DNA of 64,000 nucleotides, from NCBI GenBank assembly GCA_047404135.1, contig JBDOIT010000002.1, positions 26,439 through 90,438 of the forward strand, written 5' to 3'. This stretch comes from Rickettsiales bacterium. GTDB lineage: Bacteria > Pseudomonadota > Alphaproteobacteria > Rickettsiales > JABSSG01. The notes under the pieces are model-generated. The model saw only the letters and a list, made by a program, of their open reading frames with translations. It was not told the origin of the DNA and made no database searches. Positions 1 to 15,500 of the stretch are shown one piece after another; position 1 is the stretch's first letter; the number at the start of each line of letters is the position of its first letter. The translations under genes and the position numbers were made by a program.

Positions 1-60
1 GTAGTAAGTTCTTTGTCACTATTTTGATCCCTCACAATAAAACTACCCTTCATCCCTTTC

Positions 61-702
61 TTACTTAAATGTATATTTAAGAATATCCTTACCCATCATA
101 TTTCCGTCTGTGCCTGGCGTATAATATTTTATGAGATTCCCATCACGGCCTATCAGGTAGAAAAAGGAAGAGTGGTTGATCAGGTAAGTATCTAACTTTT
201 CTTTGCCATCCACAGATCTTGCATAATACACCTTAAATTTACGAGCCACAGCTTTGATTTCGTCCTGAGTGCCAGATAATGCAACTATTCTAGGATCAAA
301 ATTCGAGAAATATTCCTTTAGTTTTTGAGGCGTGTCTCTTCTCGGATCAATAGTAATGAATATAGGAACTATATCTGATTCTTTTTTTTCTACCTTATCC
401 AAAGCAGCAACCATCTCCACGAGATTCGCAGGGCAAATATCTGGACAGAAAGAGAATCCAAAATAAATTAAAAGCAACTTACCTCTAAAATCTCGCGATT
501 TTACCTTATTGCCATTATAGTCAGTCAGCTCAAAATCTCCTCCTAGGTTCAAATTGTGATTCAATACACCTATCTCTGACGATTTATTTGCTTTTATTTT
601 TGAAGGGGGGGTCATCACCAATATTATGATCAATGACAAGAGAGCAATAGCTATACCAGAGAATAATATTGCTTTTACCAGGAGCTTAGGATCTTTTTGC
701 AT
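61..702 (-). CDS. SCO1/SenC family copper chaperone for cytochrome c oxidase assembly
   Basis: 213 aa. N-terminal TM helix followed by a thioredoxin-like fold. Carries the CPDICP (CxxxC) copper motif in FGFSFCPDICP and the downstream conserved His (INHSS). Confidence 0.9.
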   Translation of the reverse strand: MQKDPKLLVKAILFSGIAIALLSLIIILVMTPPSKIKANKSSEIGVLNHNLNLGGDFELTDYNGNKVKSRDFRGKLLLIYFGFSFCPDICPANLVEMVAALDKVEKKESDIVPIFITIDPRRDTPQKLKEYFSNFDPRIVALSGTQDEIKAVARKFKVYYARSVDGKEKLDTYLINHSSFFYLIGRDGNLIKYYTPGTDGNMMGKDILKYTFK

Positions 703-769
703 ATTTTAACAGTTTTAATTCCCACAAACACTTATATAAGTATAGGATTTACAGAGCAACATAAAAGAC

Positions 770-802
770 AAAAAAAAAGGAGCATGCAAACATGCCCCTT
801 TT
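770..802 (-). terminator. Rho-independent terminator downstream of the VirB2-like gene
   Basis: The minus strand reads GGGGCATG-tttg-CATGCTCC followed by a T9 run. This is an 8-bp stem with one G.U pair, lying 23 nt after the stop at 825. Confidence 0.6.
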
Positions 803-824
803 AATTTTGAAGATTATTTTGTTG

Positions 825-1166
825 TTATGGCGTCTTCACACATGTTCCCTGTGTGTTACCTGTACCATCTCCTACCCATTCTACAATGTTCGCAGCACCA
901 AATATCATACCAATACCAATTGCTGTAACAAGAGCTAGAGGCCATGACAATTTACCTAAGAACAGGCTGATACCTAATACAATAATTGCTATTGTTGCTA
1001 TGGCTTTACCTAGACCTCCTTGTAATTGGCCCACTACATTACATAGCACCTTTGTGATAGCGATCTCGTCGTCAGCAAATGCTACATTCGGCAAAATCAC
1101 ACTAAACAAAGCCACTAAACTGAATAATAGTGCCGCTTTTTTAATTATATCAAATTCTTTAGTCAT
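825..1166 (-). CDS. TrbC/VirB2-family type IV secretion pilin-like protein
   Basis: 113 aa. Signal-peptide-like N-terminus (LVALFSVILPNVAFA/DD), then two Gly/Ala/Ile-rich hydrophobic helices separated by a short polar turn (GKLSW). Size and architecture are typical of VirB2/TrbC. The GAGG RBS sits 8-11 nt upstream of the ATG. Confidence 0.6.
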   Translation of the reverse strand: MTKEFDIIKKAALLFSLVALFSVILPNVAFADDEIAITKVLCNVVGQLQGGLGKAIATIAIIVLGISLFLGKLSWPLALVTAIGIGMIFGAANIVEWVGDGTGNTQGTCVKTP

Positions 1167-1214
1167 CTTACAACCTCGTATTAATTAAAAACTTCATCTA
1201 ACCTTAATGTGCTA

Positions 1215-1223
1215 ATTATAGCA
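1215..1223 (-). promoter_or_regulatory. Candidate extended -10 promoter (TGCTATAAT) for the VirB2-like gene
   Basis: The minus strand reads TGCTATAAT, a perfect TGnTATAAT, about 50 nt upstream of the start at 1166. There is no good -35, which an extended -10 does not need. Confidence 0.35.
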
Positions 1224-1586
1224 TTTCTCTTAGTTGAAAGTCTAACTAGTGACCTTACATGTGTATCTTTTATCAAAAAACTGCATCTCTGTGACAACAG
1301 TACCACAGAGAGACTTTGTTGATTACCGTTAACTCAATTGAAGATTGAACCTAAAAGTAAACGATGTTATTTAAGTCTCACATAATAAGTATAAAGAACA
1401 AGATGCTGAGGGGGGACGAGTATAACGAACTACTACTCAAATATATCAATGTCGAAGCAGAGTTATAGATTGCATAAAATCATACTTGATCTGCGAAGAT
1501 AATCATAGATTCAGAAGCAGAAAAAAGTTGACTAAGGAAAAACTTAGCCACCTTGTGATACTGCGTAGGAAAACTCAGGTATAAGA

Positions 1587-1844
1587 CTATAAACCTAGTG
1601 CCTCCCTATATAGGTCAATAAGCTGCTCCTGCTCTGCTAGCTTTCCTGAATCCATTGCGCGCATCCTGATAACTTTCTTCATGATAGCAACATCAAACCC
1701 ATGAAATCTAGCTTCACGAAACACTTCTTTCATATCTTCGGCAATCGCTGTCTTTTGCTCTTCCAATCTTTCTGCCCTTTCTACAAAGCTCTTTAATTTC
1801 TCCGTTGCGATAACCTCGCTCGGCTTATCCATTATTTCTGTCAT
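1587..1844 (-). CDS. gapR: GapR / DUF2312 (UPF0335) nucleoid-associated protein
   Basis: 85 aa. LKSFVERAERLEEQK...EVFREARFHGFDVAIMKKVIRMR...LIDLY aligns by eye along its length with Caulobacter GapR. The family is largely restricted to Alphaproteobacteria. Confidence 0.85.
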   Translation of the reverse strand: MTEIMDKPSEVIATEKLKSFVERAERLEEQKTAIAEDMKEVFREARFHGFDVAIMKKVIRMRAMDSGKLAEQEQLIDLYREALGL

Positions 1845-1856
1845 ATATACCTCTAA

Positions 1857-2960
1857 TTAGACATTAAACCTAAAATGCATTACATCGCCATCTTGCACAA
1901 TATAATCTTTACCTTCGGATCTTAATTTCCCCACTTCCTTAGCTTTAGTCTCTCCACCGGAGTTTTTATAATCCTCATAGCTTACCACTTCAGCTCTAAT
2001 AAACCCTCGCTCAAAATCTGTGTGAATTACACCAGCTGCCTGAGGAGCGCGCTCACCCTTTTTTACAGTCCACGCATGCGCTTCTTTAGGGCCCACAGTA
2101 AAGAATGTATTGAGGCCCAAAGTTTCGAAACCACATTTTATTATTCTATCCAACCCAGATTCTTTCAACCCTAAATCCTCAAGGAAAAATTGTTTCTCTT
2201 CTAAATCTTCTAAAGCACTGATTTCTTCTTCTACTCTTGCAGAAATAATGATCCCGGAAACACATCTATCCGATATCATAGATAGAACCTTAGAAGAATG
2301 CTCATTTCCTTCCGCAGCTTCGCTTTCTAACACATTGCACACAAAGAAATAAGGCTTACTAGTAATAAGTTGAAGCCTGTTTAGGCGATTCTCTTCTGAT
2401 CCAGATTTTAATGCGTCTCTAGCAGGTTTTCCTCTATCTAGCAACTCAAGGCATTCTTCCATCAACTCAATATCAGCAATAACTTCTCCATCTTTAGTGA
2501 ATTTATTTTTATTTTTGAATTTCTCTAAACTTTTAGATAAAGCCTCATAATCTGCTAAAATCAGCTCTGTTTCTATAAGCTCTATATCTCTCAAAGGATC
2601 AACGGTATCCTCAACATGAATAATATCTTGATCTTCAAAGCAACGAACTACATGTATAATGGCGTCTACTTCTCTGATATTCCCGAGGAATTTATTACCA
2701 AGCCCCTCACCTTTACTTGCTCCTTTAACTAATCCAGCAATATCAACCATTTCTATAAAAGTAGGAACCTTCTTAGCCGACCCCGCTATATCAGACAAAG
2801 TATCTAAACGATCATCAGGCACAGATATCCTTCCAACATTAGGATCTATTGTACAGAATGGATAGTTTGCAGCTTCTGCAGATACAGTCCCTGTGATTGC
2901 ATTAAATAATGTCGATTTACCTACATTAGGCAGACCTATAACTCCGCATTTAAATCCCAT
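1857..2960 (-). CDS. ychF: Ribosome-binding ATPase YchF
   Basis: 367 aa. P-loop GLPNVGKST, a TGS-type C-terminus (DGDVMHFRFNV), and the conserved ychF-pth-rplY synteny. Confidence 0.95.
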   Translation of the reverse strand: MGFKCGVIGLPNVGKSTLFNAITGTVSAEAANYPFCTIDPNVGRISVPDDRLDTLSDIAGSAKKVPTFIEMVDIAGLVKGASKGEGLGNKFLGNIREVDAIIHVVRCFEDQDIIHVEDTVDPLRDIELIETELILADYEALSKSLEKFKNKNKFTKDGEVIADIELMEECLELLDRGKPARDALKSGSEENRLNRLQLITSKPYFFVCNVLESEAAEGNEHSSKVLSMISDRCVSGIIISARVEEEISALEDLEEKQFFLEDLGLKESGLDRIIKCGFETLGLNTFFTVGPKEAHAWTVKKGERAPQAAGVIHTDFERGFIRAEVVSYEDYKNSGGETKAKEVGKLRSEGKDYIVQDGDVMHFRFNV

Positions 2961-2964
2961 TTTC

Positions 2965-3534
2965 CTAGTTTTTATTTATTTGATTAACTTCACTTCCAAA
3001 AATATCATTATCTCCTTCTAGAATTTCAGGAAATAATTGTGATATCCTATCCAAAGCATTGTTTATGGCTCCAAATTCGCCCTTAGAGAAATCCTCTAAC
3101 ACATATTTGGAAACCAAGTCTTTATTTTGTGGGTGATCTACTCCTATTCTTACTCTGGTATATTTATTTGAAACCATACTATTGATCGACCTCAAACCAT
3201 TATGTCCAGCAGTACCTCCGGCAATTTTTATTTTTATCTTAGCCAAATCCAAGTCTATATCGTCATGTAAAACTATAATATTTTCAGCAGGAATTTTATA
3301 AAAATTGGAAAAAGCAGAAACAGCTTTACCAGATTCGTTCATAAAGGTCATAGGCTTAATGGCCAAAATCTTTTGGTCACCTATAGTTCCTTTAAAGAAA
3401 TCTGAATTATATTTTGAGTTCTCTGAGCTAAATCCGTAAGATTGCACAAGAGAGTCAACCGCCAAAAATCCTACATTATGTCTGGTAAGTTTATATTTTT
3501 CTCCAGGGTTCCCTAACCCAACAACCAGATACAT
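2965..3534 (-). CDS. pth: Peptidyl-tRNA hydrolase
   Basis: 189 aa. N-terminal LVVGLGNPGEKYKLTRHNVGF and GTAGHNGLRS motifs. Confidence 0.95.
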   Translation of the reverse strand: MYLVVGLGNPGEKYKLTRHNVGFLAVDSLVQSYGFSSENSKYNSDFFKGTIGDQKILAIKPMTFMNESGKAVSAFSNFYKIPAENIIVLHDDIDLDLAKIKIKIAGGTAGHNGLRSINSMVSNKYTRVRIGVDHPQNKDLVSKYVLEDFSKGEFGAINNALDRISQLFPEILEGDNDIFGSEVNQINKN

Positions 3535-3540
3535 AATGAA

Positions 3541-4200
3541 TTACTTACTTTGTGCAGCAGCGTTCTCTTCTTTGTTCTCTTCTGCTCCTTCAGCTGTCTC
3601 TTCTCCGCCTTCTTCTTCAGCATCAGAAGCAGCCATAGATCTCTTACCTGTGATTTTAAGAACTGTTTGCTTTAAGTCCTTGTCAACCAAGTTAACACCT
3701 GATGGTATTGAAATTTCACCAAGAGTCACAGGAGTACCCATTTTTACCTCTGAAACATCAACATTTATAGCTTCAGGAATATTATCTGCACTTACTCTAC
3801 ATCTTAATGAGCGCTTAGCAACGTTAACTACTCCACCTCTTTTAATCTCAACTGATTTCTCTCTACCCAATATTCTGATAGGAACATCAACAGAAATTTC
3901 ATCTGAACCGTCAAGAGCAAAGAAATCAACATGTTCTATTGAATCAGTTACAGGGTGTAAGCTAATTTGCCTAGCAAGAACCTTGTATACCTTATCTCCA
4001 GCCTTTAACTCCACAACATTTGTCATAGAATCAAATCTGTTACATACCAAAGAAGCATCTTTTGCGTCAATCGCAACAGCCACTCCTTCTTTGCCTTTAC
4101 TATAAACAACACCAGGTACTTTACCTGATCTTCTAACAGCACGCGTAGGTCCTGTGCCTAGTTTTTTTCTTAAATCTGCTTTAATTGACAAATTACCCAT
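3541..4200 (-). CDS. rplY: 50S ribosomal protein L25/general stress protein Ctc
   Basis: The Ctc-type L25 begins at the internal Met MGNLSIKADLRKK..., preceded by AAGGA. It ends in an acidic Ala/Glu-rich tail. The tracked start at 4248 adds 16 residues not expected in this family. Confidence 0.88.
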   Translation of the reverse strand: MGNLSIKADLRKKLGTGPTRAVRRSGKVPGVVYSKGKEGVAVAIDAKDASLVCNRFDSMTNVVELKAGDKVYKVLARQISLHPVTDSIEHVDFFALDGSDEISVDVPIRILGREKSVEIKRGGVVNVAKRSLRCRVSADNIPEAINVDVSEVKMGTPVTLGEISIPSGVNLVDKDLKQTVLKITGKRSMAASDAEEEGGEETAEGAEENKEENAAAQSK

Positions 4201-4321
4201 AATCAATCTATCCTTCTGAATCGGTGAAAAGTTATTCTGAGGGAGCATAATACATAAAAAAACTAATTAAGTCAAAGAAACTTTGCTCTTTTTATAAAAA
4301 CAATAAAAAAATCTTTAATAC

Positions 4322-8809
<4,488 letters not shown>

Positions 8810-8812
8810 ACA

Positions 8813-9958
8813 TTAAACCCTCATTGGCATGATGATATATTGGAATTTGTCATTTGCCACATCCAACATGACAGCTGGAGAGAAATTATCTTTAAACTTT
8901 AATATTATCTCTTCTCCTTTAATTGCTCCCATAACATCACTGATATATCTAGCATTGAACCCTATTTCAAATTTATGCTCTCCAGATTCCACGGAAATCT
9001 TCTCTGTTGCAAAACTGCCATCGTTATTTTTAGAGCTAATATGGAATTCACTACCACTTAACTCAAATTTAATTCCTTTGAATTTTTCATTTGTAATTGT
9101 AGAAACCCTATCTACTGCTTTTGAGAATTCTTTAGTGGGAATCTTTAAAGTAATATGGTTATCTTCAGGCATCAAGTTCTGATAGTCAGGGAATTTCGCG
9201 CCGATAAGTTTAGTCACAAAAACAAAGTTGCCATTGCTGATCTTTACTTTATTCTCAGAAACAGAAACTTTAACCTCGCCTTCAATTGAATCAATAATCT
9301 TTCTGATCTCTAATATGGATTTCTTAGGAATAATAATACCCTCAAAGCCTTCAACAGAAGCGGATTCACTCCCATCTGCACATGAAAGCCTATGACCATC
9401 TGTCGCAACCATTCTAAAATGTCCCTCAAAGAAATGCATAAAAACTCCGTTCAGATTATATCTTGTTTCTTCCGCAGAGATTGCAAACTTACATTGATCG
9501 ATAAGGCTTCTTAACTCCTTTGATTGCACATTAAACTCCCCACCATATATATCGTCATCTAATTTTGGAAAATCTGAAGCGGAAAGCACAGAAAGAGAGA
9601 ACTTTGAATTACTAGAAAGCAAATTCACCTTTTTCTTTGCGGAATCAAAATCAATCTTTATGTCTAAACCATCTTCAAGTTTACGCACAATATCATAAAG
9701 CATATGAGCATCTACAGTAATAGCACCAGACTTTGTAACGGTAGCCTCTATCTTTTCAGATACGATGATATCCATATCAGTTGCTGTAAGCTTTAATTTG
9801 CCACCAGAAGCTTCTATCAAAACATTAGAAAGTACAGGAACGATGTTCCTTCTTTCCACAATCGATTGAACATGGGATAAAACACTAGCAAAACCAGATT
9901 TGTTAACTCTGATACTGAAGTCCTCAGAAATAACAGTCTTTTCTTCTTCTAATAACAT
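8813..9958 (-). CDS. dnaN: DNA polymerase III beta sliding clamp
   Basis: 381 aa, three-domain clamp. N-terminal [28 protein letters not shown] and C-terminal IIMPMRV. The start overlaps the dnaA stop by 10 nt (ATGTTATTAG). Confidence 0.95.
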   Translation of the reverse strand: MLLEEEKTVISEDFSIRVNKSGFASVLSHVQSIVERRNIVPVLSNVLIEASGGKLKLTATDMDIIVSEKIEATVTKSGAITVDAHMLYDIVRKLEDGLDIKIDFDSAKKKVNLLSSNSKFSLSVLSASDFPKLDDDIYGGEFNVQSKELRSLIDQCKFAISAEETRYNLNGVFMHFFEGHFRMVATDGHRLSCADGSESASVEGFEGIIIPKKSILEIRKIIDSIEGEVKVSVSENKVKISNGNFVFVTKLIGAKFPDYQNLMPEDNHITLKIPTKEFSKAVDRVSTITNEKFKGIKFELSGSEFHISSKNNDGSFATEKISVESGEHKFEIGFNARYISDVMGAIKGEEIILKFKDNFSPAVMLDVANDKFQYIIMPMRV

Positions 9959-11364
9959 TGCATTACCTTCATTAATAACCTTACGTCTTCCGACACTTCT
10001 TTGTTCTCTTTCAGCAGATCTTCAACTTTTTTTATAGCGTGCATTACAGTTGTATGATCTTTACCGCCAAATTTCTTGCCTATTTCAGCCAAGCTGTGCG
10101 AGGTAAGAGATTTTGACAAATACATCGCAATTTGCCTTGGTCTTGCGATATTTCTAGATCTTTTTGAGGAATACATATCAGATACCTTTAGATTGTATCT
10201 CTCGGCAACCTTCTTCTGCACCTCCTCTATCGTAATACTTCTTTCATTAGATCTCAAAAGATCTCTCAATATATCTTGTGTGCTAGCAAGCGTAATCACT
10301 TGCTTAGTCAAATTTGTATGAGCAATCACCTTATTCAATGCCCCCTCTAACTCACGAACATTAGAAGCAATCTTAGAAGCTAAAAATTCAAGAACCTCTT
10401 TTGGAACATTGATATCCATAAGTTCTACCTTGGACTGTAGGATTCCTAGACGCAGCTCATATGTAGTATTATGGATATCAGCAACAAGCCCCCATCCAAG
10501 TCTAGATTTTATTCTATCTTCCATATTTTCAAGATCAGAAGGAGACCTATCTCCTGAGATAACAATCTGTCTATTATTATCGATCAATGTGTTCAATGTA
10601 TGAAAAAACTCTTCCTGAGTACTGTTTTTCCCACAGATAAACTGAATATCATCTACCATCAAAACGTCAGCAGACCTGTATATATCCTTAAATTTCATCA
10701 TCTCATTAGTACGCAAGGCTTTAATGAATTGATACATGAATTTCTCTGCAGAAATATAAACAACCTTTCTCTTCGTATTTGTTTCTTTGATATGCCACGC
10801 TATTGCGTGCATCAAATGCGTTTTACCAAGACCAACCCCTCCATATAAGAATAAAGGGTTAGAACCAGGTTGAACTTTTTTAGTCTCAGACACAGCCCTT
10901 GCAGCAGCATAAGCAAATTCATTTGACGGCCCAGCAATAAATGTATCAAATCTATAGCGACCATCTAAAGATGCTTGGAAGAACTGACCCCTCTCCTCTT
11001 CTGCATCAACAGCCCGATGAGGTTTACCAGAAGATTCTGAGACACTTGCAGGGGTAGATGTTTTTGGCTTATTGATAACAATGCTGATTTTTTTAATGCT
11101 GCTATTATGCTTTTGCCAAGATTTCAGTATCTTCTTCTCATAATGAGTTCTCACCCAATCTCTGATAAATCGGGTCGGCACATGGAAACTCACAGCACTA
11201 GCATTAAAGCCCGTACATTCCAATTTACTAATCCAACTTTTATATGTGTCTTCACCAAATTCTTGCTTCAAATCATCCTGGACAATAGACCATATCATTT
11301 GACCATCATTTATAGTCGGTGTAACTGCCACTGTCACCGCCCTATCTTTTACTAAATTAGACAT
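9949..11364 (-). CDS. dnaA: Chromosomal replication initiator DnaA
   Basis: AAA+ Walker [14 protein letters not shown], Walker B LMVDDIQF, and a domain IV DNA-binding helix ([13 protein letters not shown]...[11 protein letters not shown]). I prefer the ATG at 11364 (MSNLVKD), which overlaps the upstream rhodanese stop as ATGTCTAA. Confidence 0.95.
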   Translation of the reverse strand: MSNLVKDRAVTVAVTPTINDGQMIWSIVQDDLKQEFGEDTYKSWISKLECTGFNASAVSFHVPTRFIRDWVRTHYEKKILKSWQKHNSSIKKISIVINKPKTSTPASVSESSGKPHRAVDAEEERGQFFQASLDGRYRFDTFIAGPSNEFAYAAARAVSETKKVQPGSNPLFLYGGVGLGKTHLMHAIAWHIKETNTKRKVVYISAEKFMYQFIKALRTNEMMKFKDIYRSADVLMVDDIQFICGKNSTQEEFFHTLNTLIDNNRQIVISGDRSPSDLENMEDRIKSRLGWGLVADIHNTTYELRLGILQSKVELMDINVPKEVLEFLASKIASNVRELEGALNKVIAHTNLTKQVITLASTQDILRDLLRSNERSITIEEVQKKVAERYNLKVSDMYSSKRSRNIARPRQIAMYLSKSLTSHSLAEIGKKFGGKDHTTVMHAIKKVEDLLKENKEVSEDVRLLMKVMQCY

Positions 11365-11761
11365 ATTCCTTACACGCCAACTTGATAGACTTCCAACCCG
11401 AATCTCCAACACCCTGGCCAAATCCTGTTGCTAAGTTAAAACAAGAAGTATATCCACCATTTACAGCCACCATCGCGGCATCAAAAGACCTCATCCCCGC
11501 TTTACACATAAAAATAATTTTTGCATCTTTATTTGGAACCTTCCTATCTAAATCAGTCAAAAAATTCTCATTCACATCCCTAGATACTAAATCATTTATC
11601 CACGGAATCAAAACAACATTTTTATTAAAAGAGGTAATATCTGCATAACCTAGTGTTTTTATTTCATCAAGAGCACGCACATCAACCAAAATAGAATCTA
11701 TTTGTGAACCTAACATTTCCCAAGCCTCTATAGGAGAAATTTCTTTGATTGAACCATCCAT
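11357..11761 (-). CDS. Single-domain rhodanese-like sulfurtransferase
   Basis: 134 aa. Active-site loop CKAGMRS (CxxGxRS) in the typical position of a single-domain rhodanese. Translationally coupled to dnaA. Confidence 0.8.
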   Translation of the reverse strand: MDGSIKEISPIEAWEMLGSQIDSILVDVRALDEIKTLGYADITSFNKNVVLIPWINDLVSRDVNENFLTDLDRKVPNKDAKIIFMCKAGMRSFDAAMVAVNGGYTSCFNLATGFGQGVGDSGWKSIKLACKEYV

Positions 11762-12264
11762 AACTAATTAACAATAATATTTTCAACAAACATAGGGCTA
11801 GGGATTCCCTAGAAATATTAGATGCCTAAGGATGCATCATTATCCCGCGATAGTAAACATTTTTTTAATCTTTTGTGAAACTTACCTCTCAGTCTTAAGA
11901 GAAATCTATATCATCAAGGCTTGACTTACCGAGTATTACATATTCTGCTCCTGCACTAGTAGGTGCCTATTCATAATTGAAGTTTGCAGAATCTAGCATA
12001 TGGGCTCTAACAAAGCCTTGGGGTATGAGGGGATATGTAAAAATTCTTTTGTCATTCATCATGAATAACCAACATTATTACGCTATTCGAATATGCAATC
12101 CACTTGTATTGTAGAAATTGCGTGAGGTCAAGATGGGTAATCACCTCACTCAAAACCAATTTTATCTACGAATATACAATAATAGCTTTTTAAAACAGCA
12201 CAGGTTCATTGAAAAAAATCTACCTAGATGCTATAAGATACAACATGATTTTAAATATATTTAT

Positions 12265-12501
12265 ATGAACGAAGTTTTAAGAAAAAAACTGCTCTACCGC
12301 AGCAAACATAGAGGGTGCAAGGAAATGGACTTGATCTTCACAAATTTCATGCACGAATACTTTGATAATTTGAGCGACAAAGAAGTTGAGCAGTTTGAGA
12401 ACTTCCTAAATGAAAACGAGTTAGAAATCCGGGAATGGGTTATTGAAGAAAAAAACATCCCTACAGAATACAAAGCTTTAGTAAGTAAGCTCAAAATATA
12501 A
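12265..12501 (+). CDS. sdhE: Succinate dehydrogenase assembly factor 2 (SdhE/SDHAF2, DUF339)
   Basis: The family-typical region starts at Met50 of the tracked ORF: MNEVLRKKLLYRSKHRGCKEMDLIF...EVEQFENFL, containing the RGxxE(M/L)D motif. This gives about 78 aa. Placement directly upstream of mfd is common in Alphaproteobacteria. Confidence 0.8.
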   Translation: MNEVLRKKLLYRSKHRGCKEMDLIFTNFMHEYFDNLSDKEVEQFENFLNENELEIREWVIEEKNIPTEYKALVSKLKI

Positions 12502-12514
12502 CAGGTCGTAACCC

Positions 12515-15500
12515 TTGCTTGAAAAAATTTTCACCAATAATAAATCCATACAAATAGGGAATATAGTTGATGGATCCTATGGATATTTCACTGATAAGCT
12601 TTCTGCTGCACAAGATCCAGATATCATCATAATTACTTCAGATAATAACAGAGCTCTAAAAATAGCAACAGAGGTTCAGTTTTTTAAACCTAATACACTT
12701 TTATTTCCAGGGTGGGATTCCACCCCCTACGACCTAGTGTCCCCTTCAAAAAATATACTAGAGAATAGAATTCATGCCCTTTCTTCGATCTCCGAATCCA
12801 AACAAAATATCATTGTAACTTCTATAGAAGCAATCATACAGAAAACGATCTCCAAAGATATTTTGAATAAAAATACTATGATACTTTCAAAAGGAGATTA
12901 CATTGATCGTGAAGAGCTTTTAAATTTCTTAGTATCTAATAATTACACCAGGTCCTCTACAACAAATGAGCCTGGAGAATTTTCTGTACGCGGAGGCATT
13001 GTTGATATCTTTACCAATGGCGAAAAGCATGGATATAGAGTTGATTTCTTTGGAGACCAGATAGAAAAAATTAAAACTTTTGATGCAGGGACTCAGACTT
13101 CCTTACATGAAATAAACTCCATAACCATAATACCATCTAGCGAGTTGATATTGAATGATGAATATACTAGTAAATTCAAAAATAACCTTCTCAATATTGC
13201 GGGTCCAAAAATTCAAGATCTAAATATATTCGAAAATCTTCGACAAGGTATAAAAGTAAATGCAATCGAACAATCTCTTCCTTTGTTTTATAAGACATCT
13301 ACGATTTTAGATTACCTTAACAAGCCGATCCTTGTATTTGATAGATTCACAGATAAAGATTCAGAGCATATATTCAAAAAAATAGAGAATGCATATCAAG
13401 AGAGAAAAGGGGCTTCAGATCTACCAGCATCCATATTACCCCCAGAATACCTTTGGATAACAATGAATAGTTATAAAAAAATCATTAGCGAAAAGAATGT
13501 GATATCTTTATCTCTGTCAGAAGAACCTGGGTCACTAAAAAGCTTACCCCTATCTACACCTCCAAATTTCAAAATACTTTCCCAAAAGAACCAAGGAAAT
13601 AAGATCAAACTCTTCAAAGAATATTTGATTAACGAATATAAAAATAATAAAAATATAATCCTTTCCGCTTTCACAAAAGGGTCGCAAGCGCGTCTTGGAA
13701 AAATCATGAAAGATCATGATATTGTGCATAAAATATGCGAAAACATTCCAGAGTCTTTTCAACCCTTGCTTCATGTAATAGTTAGCCCCATTGACGAAGG
13801 ATATCTTTGCCCTGAATATTCCTTCATCACAGAGAAAAATATATTTGGCAATGCTATATCAAAACTTACGAAAAAGCGTAGCAACCAAGTCAAAAATAAT
13901 TCAGCACCAGCAAGCTTTGCTATGTACGAGCTAGTTGTTCATCACGAGTATGGAATCGCTAGGTTTAAAGGCTTAGAAACAATAGATCTATCCTATACAA
14001 AGCATGAATGTATAAAGTTGGAATATGCGGGGAAAGACAAACTATTCATACCTGTAGAGAATATCAACCTGATCACAAAATATGGATCTGAAGATAGCAC
14101 AGCGCAATTAGATTCTTTAGGAACAAACACATGGGCTATCAAGAGGGAAAGGGCAAAAGAGAAGGTAAAAAAATCTGCTGCATATCTAATGCAAATTGCC
14201 GCACAAAGACATCAAAAAACTGCCGACAAGCTAGAGATTATGCCTGGCTTATATGAGGAATTTTGCAGCACCTTCCCATATGTAGAAACAGAGGACCAAG
14301 ACAACGCAATCAATGCTGTTAAAGAAGATTTGGGAAGAGCTAAAGCTATGGATAGGCTAGTTTGCGGTGACACAGGATTTGGGAAGACCGAAGTTGCAAT
14401 AAGAGCTGCCTTCATAGCAATTAAAGCTGGAAAACAAGTTGCTCTAATATGCCCCACCACCCTACTTGCTAAACAGCATTTCAAGTTATTTAAATTACGC
14501 TTGGAGAAATTCCAAATTAATGTGGTTCAACTATCCAGATTAGTTTCAGCAAAAGACACTAGGAAAAATATTGAATCTATAGACGAAGGACGAGCAGATC
14601 TTGTAATAGGCACGCATGCACTTTTGAATGATAGGATAAAGTTTAAGGATATAGGGTTGCTGATAATTGATGAAGAGCAACATTTTGGAGTCGCGCAAAA
14701 AGAAAAGCTAAAGAAATTCAAGGAGAATATCCATATACTGACTCTTTCTGCAACGCCTATACCACGTACATTGCAGATGTCACTTACAGGACTAAAAGAT
14801 TTAAGCGTAATCTCAACACCTCCGGTAAATAGGATCAACACTAAAACAGTCATCACAAAATTTGATGAACTTATCATTAAAGAGGCACTGATAAAAGAGC
14901 ACCAGCGAAATGGAAAAAGCTTCTATATCTGTCCGCGCATAAGCGACTTGGAAGATATAAAAAGACTCCTATCCCGTATAACGCCTTCCCTCAAAATAGA
15001 AGTGGTATATGGAAAAATGCCCCCTACTGCTATCGATAAAATTATGGGGGATTTCTGCGATGGTAAATTTGATATCTTACTATGCACATCAATAATTGAA
15101 TCGGGTATAGATATACCGACTGCAAATACGATGATCGTACATAAATCAGATTATTTTGGACTAAGCCAAATGTATCAAATAAAAGGTAGGATTGGTCGAA
15201 GCAATATAGAGTCTTTTGTATACTTTACCTTTGCAAGCAATAAGGCTATAAAAGAAACAACTCTTACAAAGCTAGAAGTGTTGCAGAAGAACAACCATCT
15301 AGGAGCTGGATTCTCAATTGCCTCACATGATATGGATCTCAGAGGATATGGGAATATGGTTGGCGAAGCACAGTCAGGTCATATCAAGGATATCGGGGTA
15401 GAGTTATACCAAAATATGCTGACTGAAGAGATAAACAAAATTAAAGTTGGAAAAGAAAAAACAAAACCAGAGCCAGAATTCACACCGCAGATTAATCTAG

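Noticed and set aside
1-53. A possible 5' end of a minus-strand gene (ATG at 53, MKGSFIVRDQNSDKELT...) just downstream of sco1.
   Set aside because: Only 17 codons are visible and the G-rich stretch abuts the ATG with no spacing. There is not enough evidence to call it.
1454-1521. The motifs GAAGCAGA and ATAGATT each occur twice, in swapped order, in the gapR to virB2 spacer. A 7-bp inverted repeat CTCTGTG...CACAGAG lies at 1287-1310.
   Set aside because: These are short motifs in AT-rich non-coding DNA with no symmetry consistent with a binding site. The hairpin has a 10-nt loop and only a distant T-run, so it is at best a weak gapR terminator.
3536-4105. A 189-aa plus-strand ORF antisense to rplY. 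Similar long antisense ORFs occur at 853-1188, 8328-8747, 17958-18410, 30326-30742, 33976-34392 and 56423-56890.
   Set aside because: Each lies wholly inside a confidently identified gene on the other strand and encodes Ser/Pro/Leu-rich low-complexity sequence. They are typical stop-poor antisense frames, not genes.
11762-12264. A possible oriC / DnaA-box cluster upstream of the dnaA operon.
   Set aside because: The best matches to TTATCCACA here have 2-3 mismatches (ttatcccgc, caatccact, ttatctacg), and there is no cluster. Single near-consensus boxes elsewhere (ATATCCACA at 23313-23321, TTGTCCACA at 26352 and 35396) are isolated. I cannot call an origin without GC-skew and whole-replicon data.
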